A stretch of DNA of 64,000 nt from NCBI RefSeq assembly GCF_009914755.1, contig NC_060927.1; one strand, given 5' to 3'. The position numbers and the translations under genes are program-made. The notes beneath the pieces are model-generated. The model ran no database searches and had not been told where the DNA came from. It saw nothing but the letters and a program-made list of their open reading frames with translations. Below are positions 27,540-41,262 of this stretch, piece by piece. This DNA is from the human T2T-CHM13v2.0 reference genome, Homo sapiens. Each line of letters opens with the position of its first letter. The stretch's first letter is position 1.

Positions 27540-30500
27540 GTTTAATTTTTTAGGATGAATTTAGTTACATTTTTTCAATCTTTTAATTCATTCCTAAAGA
27601 TTCCAATTTTTTTCCACTATTTTTTTTCTTCAGCCTGTGGAACTTCCTTAAATTCTTACAGTTTAGCTGATCTGGCAACTAATTGTCTTTGTTGTTCTTT
27701 GATTTGAAAATGCTTTTATTTCTCATCCATTCCCAAGGTATATTTTTGCTGAATATACAATCTGAGTTGAAAGGTTTATCTGTTTGTTTGTATGTTTTTC
27801 CTGTAAGTACTTTAAAGACTTTGTGACACTGACTATTGGTCTTGATGAATTTTGATGAGAAATTCACAGCTATTCAAATTGTTATTCCCCTCTGTGTAAT
27901 ATAGTAGTTTTGTTTGTAATGTCATTTTTTGTAGCTTATTATGTGTCTAACCATGGTTGTCTTAGAATTTATCCTATTTGGAATTTACTAAGCTTTGAGA
28001 TTCTCTAAATTTTTGTATCTCACCAAATTTAGGATATTTTAAGTTATATTTCTTCAAATACATTTCTGGTTCTGTGAAGAATGATGGTGGTATTTTGATG
28101 GGAATTGCATTGAATTTGTAAATGGCTTTTGTCAGTATGGTCATTTTCACAATATTGATTCTACCCATCCATGAGCATGGGATATGTTTCCATTTATTTG
28201 TGTTTTCTGTGATTTATTTCAGTAGTGTTTTGTAGTTTTCCTTGTAGAGGTCTTTCATCTCCCTGGTTAAGTATATTCCTAAGTATTTCATTTTTTTTGC
28301 AGCTATGGTAAAAGGAGTTGAGATCTTGATTTGATTCTCAGCTTGGTCACCATTGGTGTATAGGATAACAATACTAAAATTCATATGAAATCAAAAAACA
28401 CCCTACATAGCCAAAGCAAGACTAAGCAAAAAGAACAAATCTGGAAGCATCACATTACCTGATTTCAAACTATACCATGAGGCCATAGTCACCAGAACAG
28501 CATGGTACTGATATAAAAACAGGCAAAGAGACCAATGGAACAGAAAATAGAGAACCCAAAAATAAACCAAAATACTTGCAGCCAACTGATCTTTGACAAA
28601 GCAAACAAAAACATAAAGTGGGGAAAGGACACCCTATTCAACAAATGGTGCTGAGATAATTGGCAAGCCACATTTAGGAGAATGAAACTGGATCCTCATC
28701 TCTCACCTTATACAAAAATCAACTCAAGATGGATCAAGGACTTAAATCTAAGACCTGAAACTATAAGAATTCTAGAAGATAACATCAGAAAAACCCCTCT
28801 AGACGTTGGCCTAGGCAAAGTTTTCATGACCAAAAACCCAAAAGCAAATGCAGTAAAAACAAAGCTGAGTATCTGGGACTTAATTAAACTAAATGGCTTT
28901 TGCATGGCAACAGGAACAGTCAGCAGAGTAAACAGACAACCCACTGAATGGGAGAAAATCTTCACAATCTATACGTCTGACAAAGGCCTAATATCCAGAA
29001 TCTACAACGAACTCAAACAAATTAGCAAGAAAGAGACAAACGATCCCATCAAAAAATGGGCCGAGGACGTGAATAGGCAATTCTCAAAAGATTACAAATG
29101 GCCAATAAACATATGAAAAAATGCTCAGCATCACTAATGATCAGAGAAATGCAAATGAAACCCACAACTCGATACCACCTTACTTCTGCAAGAATGGCCA
29201 TAATCAAAAATCAAAAAATAATAGCTGTTGGGGTGGATATGATGAACATGGAACACTTTTACACTGCTGGTGGGGATGTAAACTAATGCAACCACTATGG
29301 AAACAGTGTGGAGATCCCTTAAAGAACTAAAAGTAGAGCTACCATTTGATCCAGCAATCCCACTACTGGGTATCTACCCAGAGGCAAAAAGTTATTATAC
29401 TAAAACGATACTTGTACACTTAAGTTTATAGCAGCACAGTTCGCAAATGCAAAAATGTGGAGCTAACCCAAATGCCCATCAATCAACGAGTGGATAAATA
29501 AACTGTATATATGATGGAATACTGCTGAGCCATAAAAAGGAATGAATTAATAGCATTTGCAGCAACCTGGATGGGATTGGAGACTATTATTTTAAGTGAA
29601 GTAACTCAGGAATGGAAAACTAGACATCATATGTTCTCACTTATAAGTGGGAGCTAAACTATGAGGATGCAAAGGCATAAGAATGACACAATAGAATCTG
29701 GGGACTCGGGGAAAGGGTGGGAAGAAGGTGAGGGGTAAAAGACTACAAATCAGGTTCAATGTGATAGGTTCACCTAAATCTCACAAATCACCACTACAGA
29801 ACTTACTCATGTAACCAAATATTACCTATTCTCCAAAAACCTATAGAAATAAAAAAATTTTAAAAAAGAAAGATAAAAAAATACAGTTCTGCCCTAATCA
29901 CTTCATTCTCTCTTTTTGGGACTCCAATATCACTTACTTTAGACTTTTTACTATTGTTCCAAAGGTCCCTTAGTCTTGCTCAATTTTTTAATTAACTTTT
30001 TTTCTGTCCTTGAGCTGTGGAATTTCTATTGATCTATATTCAAGTTTACTGACATTTTTGTCTGTAACGTGTATACTGTTATTGAGCTTTCCCACTAAAC
30101 TTTGTATTTAAGATATTGTACTTTTCATTTTTAACATTTTCATTTTTTTGTATTTTTATTTTTCTGCTGACATTTCCCATCTTTTTGTACATTTTAGATG
30201 TATTCATTATAAATGTTATAATAGATATTTATAATAGCTTCTTTAAAGTCCTTGTCTGGTAATCGCAAAATCTGGGCATTGTGGGATTCACAACTGTTGA
30301 TTGTTTTTTCACTTAAAAATAGGTCACATTTTCCTAGGTTTTTCAGTGTCAATTAATTTGGGGTTGTATCCTTGTTATTGTTAATGTTGCATTGTATAGA
30401 TTCTGATTTCTTTTATAATCCTCTTGGGAATGCGGATGTTTTTGTTTTAGGAGGCAATCAATCCGGTTACATTCTGACTGTAAGACCTGTCTTGTTTTGT

Positions 30501-30550
30501 AGGTGGTGGTTTAAATCTCAATTCAGTTCTTTAAGCCTTCGCTGTGCTAG
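27540..30550 (-). mobile_element. Old L1M ORF1-region, interrupted by L1PB
   Basis: Antisense ORF1-like motifs on both sides of the L1PB insert. Confidence 0.65.
28069..29878 (+). mobile_element. L1PB with 5' inversion (28069-~28364 minus, ~28366-29878 plus)
   Basis: ORF2 C-terminal peptides ([22 protein letters not shown]), L1PB 3'UTR, poly-A; TSD aaatacatttctg/aaatacagttctg. Confidence 0.92.
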
Positions 30551-30720
30551 TTTCACAGGCAAAGCTAAGCATCATTTAATCAGAGCATCTTGCTTTATTC
30601 TGTAAGTTAAACTCATGAATTTCATTTTTCCTTATCATCAAGCAATGTCAATAATTATTAATTAAAAATGGAAATATCCTAACTAAAAAACTGGGATATA
30701 TCAATTAACTGAAAACCTGC

Positions 30721-30838
30721 CTGTTATAGATTTACAACAGAGGATATTTTGATGTATTTTTTGAAAGCAGATTTCTTGGATACAAATTTACTTTTTAAGA
30801 TGATGTGTCCAGCTTCTTGATGATAAGAGAAATAATTT
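30721..30838 (-). pseudogene. Possible pseudo-exon
   Basis: cttccacctgaaag acceptor, CAG|gcaggt donor-like; NYFSYHQEAGHIILKSKFVSKKSAFKKYIKISSVVNL*. Confidence 0.35.
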
Positions 30839-30939
30839 CTTTCAGGTGGAAGATGGTATAAAATAAAGCTTTGAATTATTGATATCAGTTTTATATTTGA
30901 TGATATATAATGTTGGTAAACAATTTTTAAAAGGCACAA

Positions 30940-33720
30940 ATAGTTAAGAATTCTGCAATAATAAAAGGAAAATCAGACAACTGAGATTAACCAAGAGGAT
31001 AACTACACATTATAATTATAACCCATGATTTGAAAATAATTTTAATTAATGTATTCATAAGTTAAGTGACAAAATGGGAAATTTAACAGAGAACTGGAAA
31101 ATTTTAAAATTCACAATTATTAAACATATGAGTGAAATAACAAATTAAGATCTCAGTGGTTGAGGTCTTCATAAACTGAATGATTGAGCTTCATCACCAG
31201 ATAATACAAAATTAAAAAAAGTAAATAAATTGAAAGTAAGGTCAAATAAAATATACAAACAGAAGCAAGGAGCTTCCAAAGGATGGAAAATATGGAGAAT
31301 AACATAATGGACACTAAGAATATAGCACAAATGTCAAGTAATATGTAATTGGACTCGTAAGTGAAGGAAAGAGTAAATTGGGTGGAAGGGAGAGTTGAAA
31401 AGAGTGTAACTGAAATGTTTGTTAACTATTTAAAAAATTCAAGGTAGAGATTTAAGGAGTCCCATAAAACCGAAGCAGATATAGATAGAAAGAAAAAATA
31501 TGTTAAGGAATGCCATTATAAAATTGCTGAAAGCAAAAGATACATAATAAATCTTAAAAGCAGCCAGATATCTTACAGATTCAGCTAAATCTGTATCAAA
31601 ATGCCTTCTCTTTTGAAGAAATGTATGATCTGATTCTAAAATTAAAAAAGAAATGCAAATAATCTACTATATATAATGATTTTTAAAAATGAACAAAGTT
31701 ATAATACATATATTACCTACCTTTAAGAACTATTATAAAGCTACATTAGTCCGTAGTACTGGTATAATAAATGACAAATAGATTGGTAGATCCAATTAGA
31801 AAGTCCAGATATATATGTACCTATATAAAGACAACTTATTTTAACCAAGATGCTAAACTAAATGCATAGGGAAAGGAAAGTCTTTTTAACAATGATGCTG
31901 GATCAATTCTATATAAATCACTCCATACACCAAAATTAAACTAATTCAGGATGATTCCAAGTCCTGAGTATAAGATCTACCACCATAAATCTTCTGGAAT
32001 AAAATATAGGAAAATGTCTTTTTCATTTTGAGTAATGATTTATTAGACAAAATACAAAAAGCATTAACCATTATAAAAATCAGTAATATTGACTTTATCA
32101 ATATTAAAAAAGAAAACTTCTGCTTATCAACAGAAACTATTAAGAAAAAGAATAGGCAAGCTGCAGACTGAAGTAAAATATTTGCAATACATAAATTGAA
32201 CAAGATCTTTTATCTAGAATATATAAAGAGCTTCTACAAATCAATGTTATAAACATAAACAAGCAGTCTAGGCAACATAGTGAGACCTCATCTCTACAAA
32301 AAATAAAAAATTAGCCATACATGGTGGCATACATCTGTAGTTTCACTTACTCAAGAGGCTAAGGCAGGAGAATTGCTTGAGCCCAGGAGGTCAAGGCTGC
32401 AGTGAGCCATGATCGTGCCACTGTACTCCAGCCTGAGCAACAGAGCGAGTGTCTCAAAAAAACAGTAGAGTACAAATAACCACATAAAAAGGTCGAAACT
32501 TTTGAAAAAATGCTTGTCAAAAAAGATACAAGAGTGGCCAATAAACACAAGCATGTAAAAAATGTTCGACATCATTAATCATCAAAGAAATACAAATTAA
32601 AACCACAATAGTATACTACATTATAACCAATGAAATGAATATAATTAAGAGTGACAATGTTAAGTGTCGGCAAGGATATGGAGTGACTCTCGTGAATGTC
32701 AGTGGTCATATAAAATTGTACAAATACTTTGGCAGTTTCTAATAACTTTAAGTATACATCTATCTCAGAAATTCCATTCCTAGGTATTTACACAAGACAG
32801 AAAAAATAAAACATATGTCCACAGAAATGTTTATAAAACTATTTATCACATCCTCATTATAATAGTCCCAAATTTGAAACTCAAATGCTCATCAACAAGA
32901 GAATAGAAAAAACAATTTTTGGTATAGTAATACTCTGGTATACTGATTGACAATTAAAAGGAAATAAATAGTACCAATATATGCCACATTGTGAATAAAT
33001 TTTATAAATAATATTGAGCAAAATAATCCAGACATAAAATACCCTATGCCGTAGGATTTCACTTATTTGAGGTCCAAGAACAGGACTACTGTAATAGAAT
33101 TTTGGATAGTAATATGTTAAGTGGAAGTCTGGAATTGAATGGAAAAAGTAAAGATAGTGCTTTCTGGGGTGATGGATATGGTCTAAACTGTATTTTTCCT
33201 TGGATAGTAATTACATAAGTGAATAAAATTTCAAAATCCATCATGCTGAACACTTAAGATCTGTCCATTTTATTGCATATATGTTATAGCTCAATACAAA
33301 AGGAAACTGGTGAGATATTGCTACATATAAGAATGTCTACAATTAAAAACAAAACAAATCATGGTAATTGCAAGTATTGAGAGGGTTATGAACCCATGGA
33401 AACATCCAAACAGTCCAAGTACTAGGGCAAGTTAACACAACCAGTTTGGAAAACTAAAGATTAATATTTGCCAAGCTTTGGCTTAGCAAGTATACTCCTA
33501 GGTACAGTATATTCCCAAAAGAAATGTGTAGAAAAGGCTGGTCCAGATTGTTTATAACAGCATTATTTTAATAGCAAGATTTGTGGTATATTTATATATA
33601 GCAATGAAAACTATCACAAGTAACCATATGGGAAAAAAAATCATATGACTGTAATATTTTGTAAAAGAAACCCACAAAGAATAATTATATACCATGTAAG
33701 TTCACTTATATAAATTTAGA
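30940..33720 (+). mobile_element. Old L1M (ORF1 piece, ORF2 end, 3'UTR)
   Basis: Sense L1 motifs (aaacttctgcttatcaacag, attccattcctaggtattta, catgctgaacacttaagat). Confidence 0.8.
32266..32462 (+). mobile_element. AluJ, 5'-truncated
   Basis: gagcccaggaggtcaaggctgcagtgagccatgatc. Confidence 0.88.
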
Positions 33721-33736
33721 AAATAATTGTATTTAT

Positions 33737-34150
33737 GTTGATTCCTTGTCTTTGCTATTGTGAATAGTGCTGCAATGAACATACGCATGCATGTATCTTT
33801 AGAACAGAATGATTTATATCCCTTTGCTATGTACTCAGTAATGGAATTGCTGGGTCAAATGGTATTTCTGTCACTATGTCTTTGAGGAATCGCCACACTG
33901 TCTTCCACAATGGTTGTACTATTTACACTCCCACCAACAGTGTAAAAGCATTCCATTCTCTCCACAACCTCACTAGCATCTATTGTTTTTTGACTTTTTA
34001 ATAGCTAATGGATGCTGGGGTTAATATCTGGGTGATTGCATGATCTGTGCAGCAAACCACCATGGCACATGTTTACCCATGTAACAAACCTGCACATCCT
34101 GTACATGTACCCTGAGCTTAAAATAAAAGTGGGAAATTGAAAAACAAAAT
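33737..34150. mobile_element. Older L1PA 3' fragment with inversion (minus to ~34005, then plus with poly-A)
   Basis: tgtgaatagtgctgcaatgaacatac antisense, then catggcacatgtttacccatgtaacaaacctgcac sense. Confidence 0.85.
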
Positions 34151-34309
34151 AAAAATTATGAATTTCTGTGCATTTTTGTTCCAATGTTTTATTTCAACTT
34201 CAGAAAGGGCATTATAAAAGAGACAAGAGTCTATGCTGTGGATCAGGTTAGGTAAAGAGGAAGAGGAGGCTTAGATAAGAAGCAAGTAATTTATATTTAG
34301 TTTCCATTT

Positions 34310-34620
34310 TTACGATCAGAAAAATAGCATCTCTCTTATACATTTGTTCAATTTTTTTCTTCATTGACTTTTACTATATTCTTACCGGAATAAAGTCACG
34401 AATCTTTAGCCTTTTGAAATATTTTGTTCTTACTTTTCATGTGCACTCTGCATGACACTTTTTACAGGTCAATAATGTCATACTACCTTATTATCTTGCT
34501 GAATATTTTATGCATAGGCACTTCTTTCTATATTTGCTTTTACAACTTTGCTGGTCTTCCGTTGACTCCCAAATACTAGCTTTCTGGTGATGCTAATACC
34601 TTTTGCAAGTCTGTTATACC
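34310..34620 (-). pseudogene. Decayed pseudo-exon (boundaries uncertain)
   Basis: YNRLAKGISITRKLVFGSQRKTSKVVKANIERSAYA*NIQQDNK; weak acceptor. Confidence 0.35.
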
Positions 34621-35310
34621 TGTTTCAGTTTTTATAAAAGTACACCGAAATTTCTGATGCACTTTTAAATAGTGTAATTAACATACAAAATTTTGAAATT
34701 AGGAAATCATGAATATAATTATAAAAATTATGATTTAAGTATATTATTGCCCTCTTATTTAATGTATACATAGTATTTACTAATAAAAACTACTATAGCC
34801 TCAGATTATTTCTCAAATCCAATTATATGTCTTACTCTGCCATCCAGTCACTTCAGAGTGAATAATTGCTTTGTAATAAATAAATTACCTTATTAGGAAG
34901 ATGGATTAAGTAGATATCTGCATGATTCCAAGTATTTTCCTTATGAAGTGCCAGTTTTTAAACAACAACAACATAGGATTCTGAAAAGTCAAGGCTTTTC
35001 CATCCATAGATTCTCTCATGCATTTATTTTGGCTGGGAAAAAAATTGTTTGTCTTAAATATGTGCATTTTACACAAATGCAAAAATAGTCGGCAAACAAA
35101 TGTAAAATGTGTTTATAGAAAATGTACGAGTTATTGTTTAAATAGTGCCTACTGTATTATGATACCACATATACAATTTTCATATTTTATATTGATTGTA
35201 ATTTTCACTATGATTATAGTAGATAAGACTAATCCACTTTGCAGACGAGAAAAAAAGTTTTAAGGAGGTGAAACAACTAACAAAACACACACATGTGTGG
35301 TGATTCCTAC

Positions 35311-35820
35311 TGGTGCTGTTGACAGCTGTCCATGATTGACAATGACTTGCTAAGGGATTTGGTTACTCCTGGCTCTTCCAGAGAGAGTAAGACAATCAGT
35401 AGCTCAGCAAAGTGATTGGGAAGCTCTGATTGGAAGAATGGTAGAGGTATTTGGTAATGAGGCCAAAAGTGTGAAATAAATGGCTCATGACTCTGGCCCA
35501 AATCAGTGGAGAAATAGTTTTGCTGGAGTATTTTAGCATTAACCCTACATAAAACTTTAGATCTCACATTTTGTTAAATCATTCCTAACCACTAACATCG
35601 TCGTCAAGTATATGAAAGTATGTGTTTGTTCAGCCTCTACTTGCTTCCCTTTTATCATGCCCCCCCATCATCAGCACACCACACTCTTTTTTGGGGTGCC
35701 TGGCTATTTTGTATTTCATTCGGAGCTTATGGACTCTGCTTACCCTTCTAGATTCTTATTCCCCCCATCACATATCAAAATATTCCTGTCAAGTATCACA
35801 TATCTTCAAAATGTTGGTGT
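35311..35820 (-). pseudogene. Large pseudo-exon (510 nt)
   Basis: gtttaccag acceptor, CA|gtagga donor; contains 86-codon open run (…SLEEPGVTKSLSKSLSIMDSCQQH). Confidence 0.5.
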
Positions 35821-35869
35821 CTGGTAAACGTATCACGATAGGGTTTATTATGTTTTGAATCCTTTTAAG

Positions 35870-36290
35870 AACGTTAATCTTCTGTGGCAAGTAAGAATAG
35901 GTGGCTTAAGCAAAAAGCAAATTTGTTCACTCAACTAACTGAAAATTATAGTGGTTCTACCATTAAGTAGTACTATACTCTTGGACTCAGATAATACCAT
36001 TAGGGAATTGTCTTTCTGAGTCTCCTAACTCTGCTATCTGTGCTGACTCCATTCTCAGGCAGGCTCTCCCTTGCCAGGGTACCTGTAGCTCCAGACTTAT
36101 GTATTAATAGCTCAGTATCTTCAGTGGAAAGAGAATGCATAGTTTGTAATAATGGTAGAGAAAGACCTGGGGTTTGTGAATCCAATTGGTTTGTTGATAT
36201 TATGCTGGCTGCTAGAACAGATCACCGCCTCATGATGATGTGGTCTTCTCCTTGGATAGATGCTAGGTAGGGAAAAAACAACAACAACAA
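35870..36290 (-). mobile_element. Old MLT1 (J/K-like) LTR
   Basis: tggcttaagcaaaaagcaaatttgttcactcaactaactgaaaa...attctcaggcaggctctcc. Confidence 0.65.
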
Positions 36291-36439
36291 CAACAACATA
36301 TTGAACACACAGTGTATTTTCAAACAAGCTTTAAGGTGGTCATATCAAGATGTATGTAACTGAAAGAGTAGTGAAAGCAATTCTATTTGAGTTTTTGCAG
36401 TTTCAATATCAGAATTGACGTTCCACGAGTGGAATTTAC

Positions 36440-36778
36440 ATATGAGGGCTGATGCGAATATTTTTTGAAGTAGGTGGGCTTTAGAAAGAGGAACCAACTT
36501 CTGCTATACGTGCAGTGGCAGGCAGCAATGAATGAATTGTTCTTAATAAGAGTTTATCTTGGAGTTATGATTTTCTCATCATACATCACAGTTCTGTTCT
36601 CCTTGTCATCAGCTTTCTTGTTTTCTGACTTCAAAATGTTCTAAGGATTGTTGTTTTTCTCTTTCTGCTAGATATATAGTCCCCTTACAACCAAAAATGG
36701 GAAGGGGGACATATTTGTTTTGGTTTTGGGTAAATACTTCTTGTACATTTTCAAATTCATGTCTTTACTCTTGCATTT
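36440..36778 (-). pseudogene. Large pseudo-exon (3' end uncertain)
   Basis: tttttatattttcaag acceptor; phase 1 EMQE*RHEFENVQEVFTQNQNKYVPLPIFGCKGTIYLAEREKQQSLEHFEVRKQES**. Confidence 0.6.
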
Positions 36779-37506
36779 CTTGAAAATATAAAAATTCTAA
36801 AGTTTGTGGGGCCAACAGTGAAAAATTATGGTGCATAATGAAACATGACTAGTTTATTTAAACAGCACAAGTGAAATGTCTCCAGCAACTTGCAAGCCAT
36901 TAGATGTACTTCTCAGAGGTATATCCTAATGGCTAATAAGTCAGCATGTAACTGCTGGAAATTTAATCACGGGTTGCCTGTGCAGTTTAGAGTTGAGGAT
37001 AAAGGATCAGGATTGAATTTTGTATCCAAAATATCCCTCTCTCCATCCAATCACACAAGGTTTGAGTAATCTGTTTGTGTGTAAAATACAGGAGCATCAT
37101 CCCTAGAGTTTAATTCAGAGTCAGGGAAATACAAAATATGCTCTACTGTTAAGCACATACCTTCTTTATTGAGAATGGGTCACCCAGAGACCAAGGTGTT
37201 TAAGGAAACAGACAGAATACAATAATTCCAAGTATAGACCAATAAAGGCCAAGTTAATCTTTCAAAAGACAAGTGGGTAAGCAAAGTCCCTCAGTAGCCA
37301 CTGTTCTGTGAATGCTTGTTAAGAGTTGAACATATCTAGTTTATATATGATTGCAGGTTCAACATGATTTAGTGGAAAGGAAACAAGATATGATTTGTAG
37401 AAACCAGTGAAAGAGAAACCATTAAGGAAGGTTTTAAGGTTTAAAATGTTTTCAGGAACATTTGAAAGAAAAAAAGTTTAGGTCATAGTTCCCAATTGGC
37501 AGTTAC

Positions 37507-37560
37507 CCCAAAGAGTGTGAATGAAAATATTCCAGCTCATTAACTCCTTTCTTAGAAGAC
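37507..37560 (-). pseudogene. Pseudo-exon (54 nt, phase 1-1)
   Basis: Strong acceptor ttattttctgtttctgtttag, donor GGG|gtaact; RLLRKELMSWNIFIHTLW. Confidence 0.65.
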
Positions 37561-37872
37561 CTAAACAGAAACAGAAAATAAAGAAGTAAAAGACCCTAAA
37601 TCAGGAAAGGGCAGTCCTGGTGTCTGGGTGAACTCTCGCTTGTTTGGGAGCAGCTGGCCTGGTGGACACTCCATTACTGCTATTTTCATAGACTGGCTTG
37701 AGGTGTTATGTGATACTCTTTTCATAGTATCAGAAAGTCAATCTGTGTCCATAAAGTATGAGTTTCCCTCTCTATGATTTACAAAATAGGAGAAATATTT
37801 CTGGATTCTTGGAATTTCCCTTTAACATTTCAGATCCTCCTTGCAGTATAGTATGTATGCCATATTCTAGAG

Positions 37873-38095
37873 CAGGGGTTGACAACATTTTCTGCAAAGG
37901 GTTATATAATAAATATTTTCCACCTCTTGGGCAGATGCTCTCTGTGCCTACTGCTCAACTCTGCCATTGTAGTGTAAAAGCAGCAATAGGCAATATGTAA
38001 GTGAATGTGTGTGGCTGTGTTTCAATAAAACTTTATTTACAAAAACAGGCAGCAGGCTGGATTTGGCCTGTAGGGCATTGTCTGGAAACTCCTAT
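37873..38095 (+). mobile_element. MER58A (hAT-Charlie)
   Basis: caggggttgacaac...caataaaactttatttacaaaaacaggc; TSD ttctagag/ttatagaa. Confidence 0.85.
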
Positions 38096-38649
38096 TATAG
38101 AAAATTGCTTATGTTGGGGTCGTGTCATTGTAGTATCTTGACAATGATTGGGTGCAGAAGTTGTGGGTTGTAGACACATGAACTGCCAAGATTCAAATTA
38201 CTGGTTAATGCTGTCCTAGTAGCTTAAGCTGCATGGCTTGGAATAATACAGATATCACTATTAACTGATATAAATAGTAATTGTGTTATAACCAGTAAGA
38301 GTTGTGATGGTTGTCAAAAGTGTACATGTTTTGATGGTTAATGACTGTTTTGGAAACACTGAATTGTAATTTTCTTTACACACACATATAACATATACAA
38401 ATACATGTTGAAAATTATTTTTTGATACCTTGGTATTTAGGAGGTAAGGTAACTGAATTGCTTAAAACACTGTGAGTACTAATTGCATCACAAGCCTCTT
38501 CTGGACATTATTAATAAGCTATATTCTATTTTATTTTTTTGTTGTTGCAAAAAGCTTTGTTTTTTGAAGCCACATTTTGAAGTTATTTTATTTTGCAGTT
38601 TCTACTTTCTTGTACTCCATCAAAACAAAATATCAAAGTAGTTCTTATG

Positions 38650-38885
38650 GAAGCAATATAGTGGTTAAGACCCTTAAGCACGTGAACTTGGAAATTAGAT
38701 AAATCCCTATTATATCTTATCTCTGCCTCTTACTAGGTGTTTGGATTCGGTACAAATGATGCAACTTCTTTGAGCCTCTGTTTCTTCATCCATATGAAAG
38801 AAAAGTAGATAATGTGTGTAAAGCATTTAGCACAGTCTCTAGCATATAGGAAATGCTCAATAATTTACAGCTATTATTATATTAT
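38650..38885 (+). mobile_element. MIR
   Basis: ctttgagcctctgtttcttcatc...aaagcatttagcacagt. Confidence 0.75.
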
Positions 38886-39549
38886 TTTTAGTAAGATACA
38901 GAAAACCACTCAGTCACTTGTTGTTGTCACTATTCTTAATATCTTGTTTGATGAGATGGGTGACTATTGTTTTTTCCTTTTCAAATGTCCATTCTCCTTT
39001 CAATTGGTAATTTTACCTGGATTTTCTTTGTGGTTTCTTGGCAGCTAAGAATGAGACTCCTCTCATCTCTGCTTCAAACCATAGACACATGACCTATCTC
39101 AGCCATAGGATAGATTCAAATGTGGGCACATGACCACCCATCATCCTTTTTTTAAAGAAGGAGAAGCTGAGAGGATGCAAGGCTGAATCTATTGGCAGGG
39201 ATATTTTGCCAGAAACCGTACCTACCCATCAACTTTTCAGTCCTGTGAATCAATAATTATGTTGTTGTTTTTTGTTGAATCCATTTTGAGGTGGGCTTTT
39301 GTGACTTGTAAGTAAATGACACATGCCCAATACAGCTAACTATTTTATATTTGCCAACAGGACAGATTATATCAACAGATCAATGTCTAGACTTTTTTTT
39401 TTATCCTATTCCTTTGGTTTTTGACCTCTTGGAGATCAAAATTCAAAGTAATCCTGTCGCAAAACCTAAACTTGTTATAAAGATTTGTCAAAAGTCAAAA
39501 TTACCTCAAATTTAGTTTAACACTCATAGTTGCCTTATTCAAATCAGCC

Positions 39550-39712
39550 GCCCACCTATGATTAACTAAAGCTCAACTGCTGTGATTGGCTGAGACTCAG
39601 CTATTTAAGAGTGCACTCTTAAGTTAGATTTTCAGTTAGCGTATGTACTTATTTAGGCTGCACTTCATTAAGTAAGGCTTCAAATACAGAGGCATCTCCT
39701 TTTAGTTTAACA
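39550..39712 (-). mobile_element. ERV1 LTR fragment (MER57-like)
   Basis: tgattggctgagactcagctattt...tttagtttaaca. Confidence 0.55.
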
Positions 39713-39917
39713 AGATCAAACTTTTTATTTTATCAGCTGAAATAGTGGAATTCTCACTATGATTTTCTTTGAGAACATAAAACCAGAGTGTTAAATCTGG
39801 AGAGAAGGTTAAATACCATCACTGTTTTCTCCACAAAAAAACACTCTGTCCTAAGGGATAAAATCACCTATCCAAGGCTGCATAAGAGGTTACATAAAAG
39901 GGTTCGAATTTTGGTTT

Positions 39918-40238
39918 CTCTTTCTTTCTTTTTTTTTTTTCCTTGAGACAGAGTTTCGCTTCGCTCTGCTGCCCAGGCTGGAGTGAAATGGCGTGATCTC
40001 GGCTCACTGCAACCTCCGCCTCCCGGGTTCAAGCCATTCTCCTGCTTCAGCCTCCTGAGTAGCTGGGATTACAGACATGCCACCACACACCCGGGTAATT
40101 TTTGTTGTTGTTGTTGTTTTTTAGTAGAGGCGGGGTTTCACCATGTTGGTCAGGCTGGTCTTGAACTCCTGACAAAAGATCCACCCACCTCGGCCTCCCA
40201 AAGTGCTGGGATTACAGGCATGAGCCACCGCGCCCAGC
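39918..40238 (-). mobile_element. AluS
   Basis: Antisense dimer; TSD gaattttggttt. Confidence 0.93.
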
Positions 40239-40745
40239 AGAATTTTGGTTTATTATACATGCAGAAATACCCTTTTGATGTGGAATTGTGTTCAGCAAGC
40301 CATATTGTTTGTGCTACAAGAATCCAAGTGAGTAATGTTTCTCAGATAAAAATAGGAAATAGCCACAGACGTATCTGTTTTATACACAGAACCTAATTAC
40401 ATCCATAAAATAATAGCATCTGCTTAGATGCAGGTAATAGTTTAATATAACTGCCAAAAATTTGTTGGCATTTGCAAGTACATGGAATGCTTTGGGTAGC
40501 TTTTTAGCTGCTGTTATTTGATATATGCATTACTGAAAGCTTTATATGGATTTCATTGAACTTGAGTGAACAGAACATATGAGTTTGCAATGATTATAGT
40601 GACTTTAGGAAGTTAACCTCTGTGAGCCTCAGTTTTCTTCATTCATTTGTAAAGTGGTTATAATATTAATTTTAGCTTCATGATATAAGTAAACATCAAA
40701 TCAGCCAATGCCTGGGAGGTACGTAGCACTGGGCCTGGCACATAA

Positions 40746-41030
40746 TGCCTTAGTCGGCTCAAGCTGCCATAACAAAATATCATATACTGCGTTGTTTAAA
40801 CAACGAAAATTTATTTCTCACACTTCTAGAGGCTGGAAAGTCCAAAGTCAAGGTGATGACTGCCATTTTGATAAGATCAGACCACTAATCTTATCGTAGG
40901 GGCTTCACCTTTCTGATGTCATCCAACCCTAATTAGCTCCCAGAGACCCCATCTCCAAATACCATCACAATGGGGACTAGAACTTCATCATATGAATTCT
41001 GAGATGATAGAAATATTCAATCTATGGCAC
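40746..41030 (-). mobile_element. MLT1A-like LTR (internally deleted) nested in MIR (~40595-41080)
   Basis: tgccttagtcggctcaagctgccataacaaaat...ggctggaaagtccaa. Confidence 0.75.
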
Positions 41031-41163
41031 ATAGTATATGTTCATAATAGGTTAGTGTTCATTATTAGATTATTATTACTTTGCTACTATGTTGTTCTTC
41101 AGCTTAAGATTAAACCTTAGCATAGAGCATAGGCTAACTATTTGGAAATGTTTCTCTCCTCAC

Positions 41164-41262
41164 GTATGTTATGTTTGTTTACAAGTCTGGGATTTTGGTG
41201 AGCTTCCTCAAGTATTTTGTCATGTAACAGACTGTGCAATAAAAGTGGAGTGGAGTGCGTGT
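41164..41262 (-). pseudogene. Pseudo-exon (99 nt, phase 1-1)
   Basis: ttacccatttcag acceptor, C|gtgagg donor; only the phase-1 frame is open: DTHSTPLLLHSLLHDKILEEAHQNPRLVNKHNI. Confidence 0.7.

Noticed and set aside
27974-29330. ORFs similar to L1 ORF2p
   Set aside because: Broken fragments of a truncated L1PB.
41164-41200. Ankyrin-like lead-in LVNKHNI
   Set aside because: The next exon lacks G-x-TPLH.
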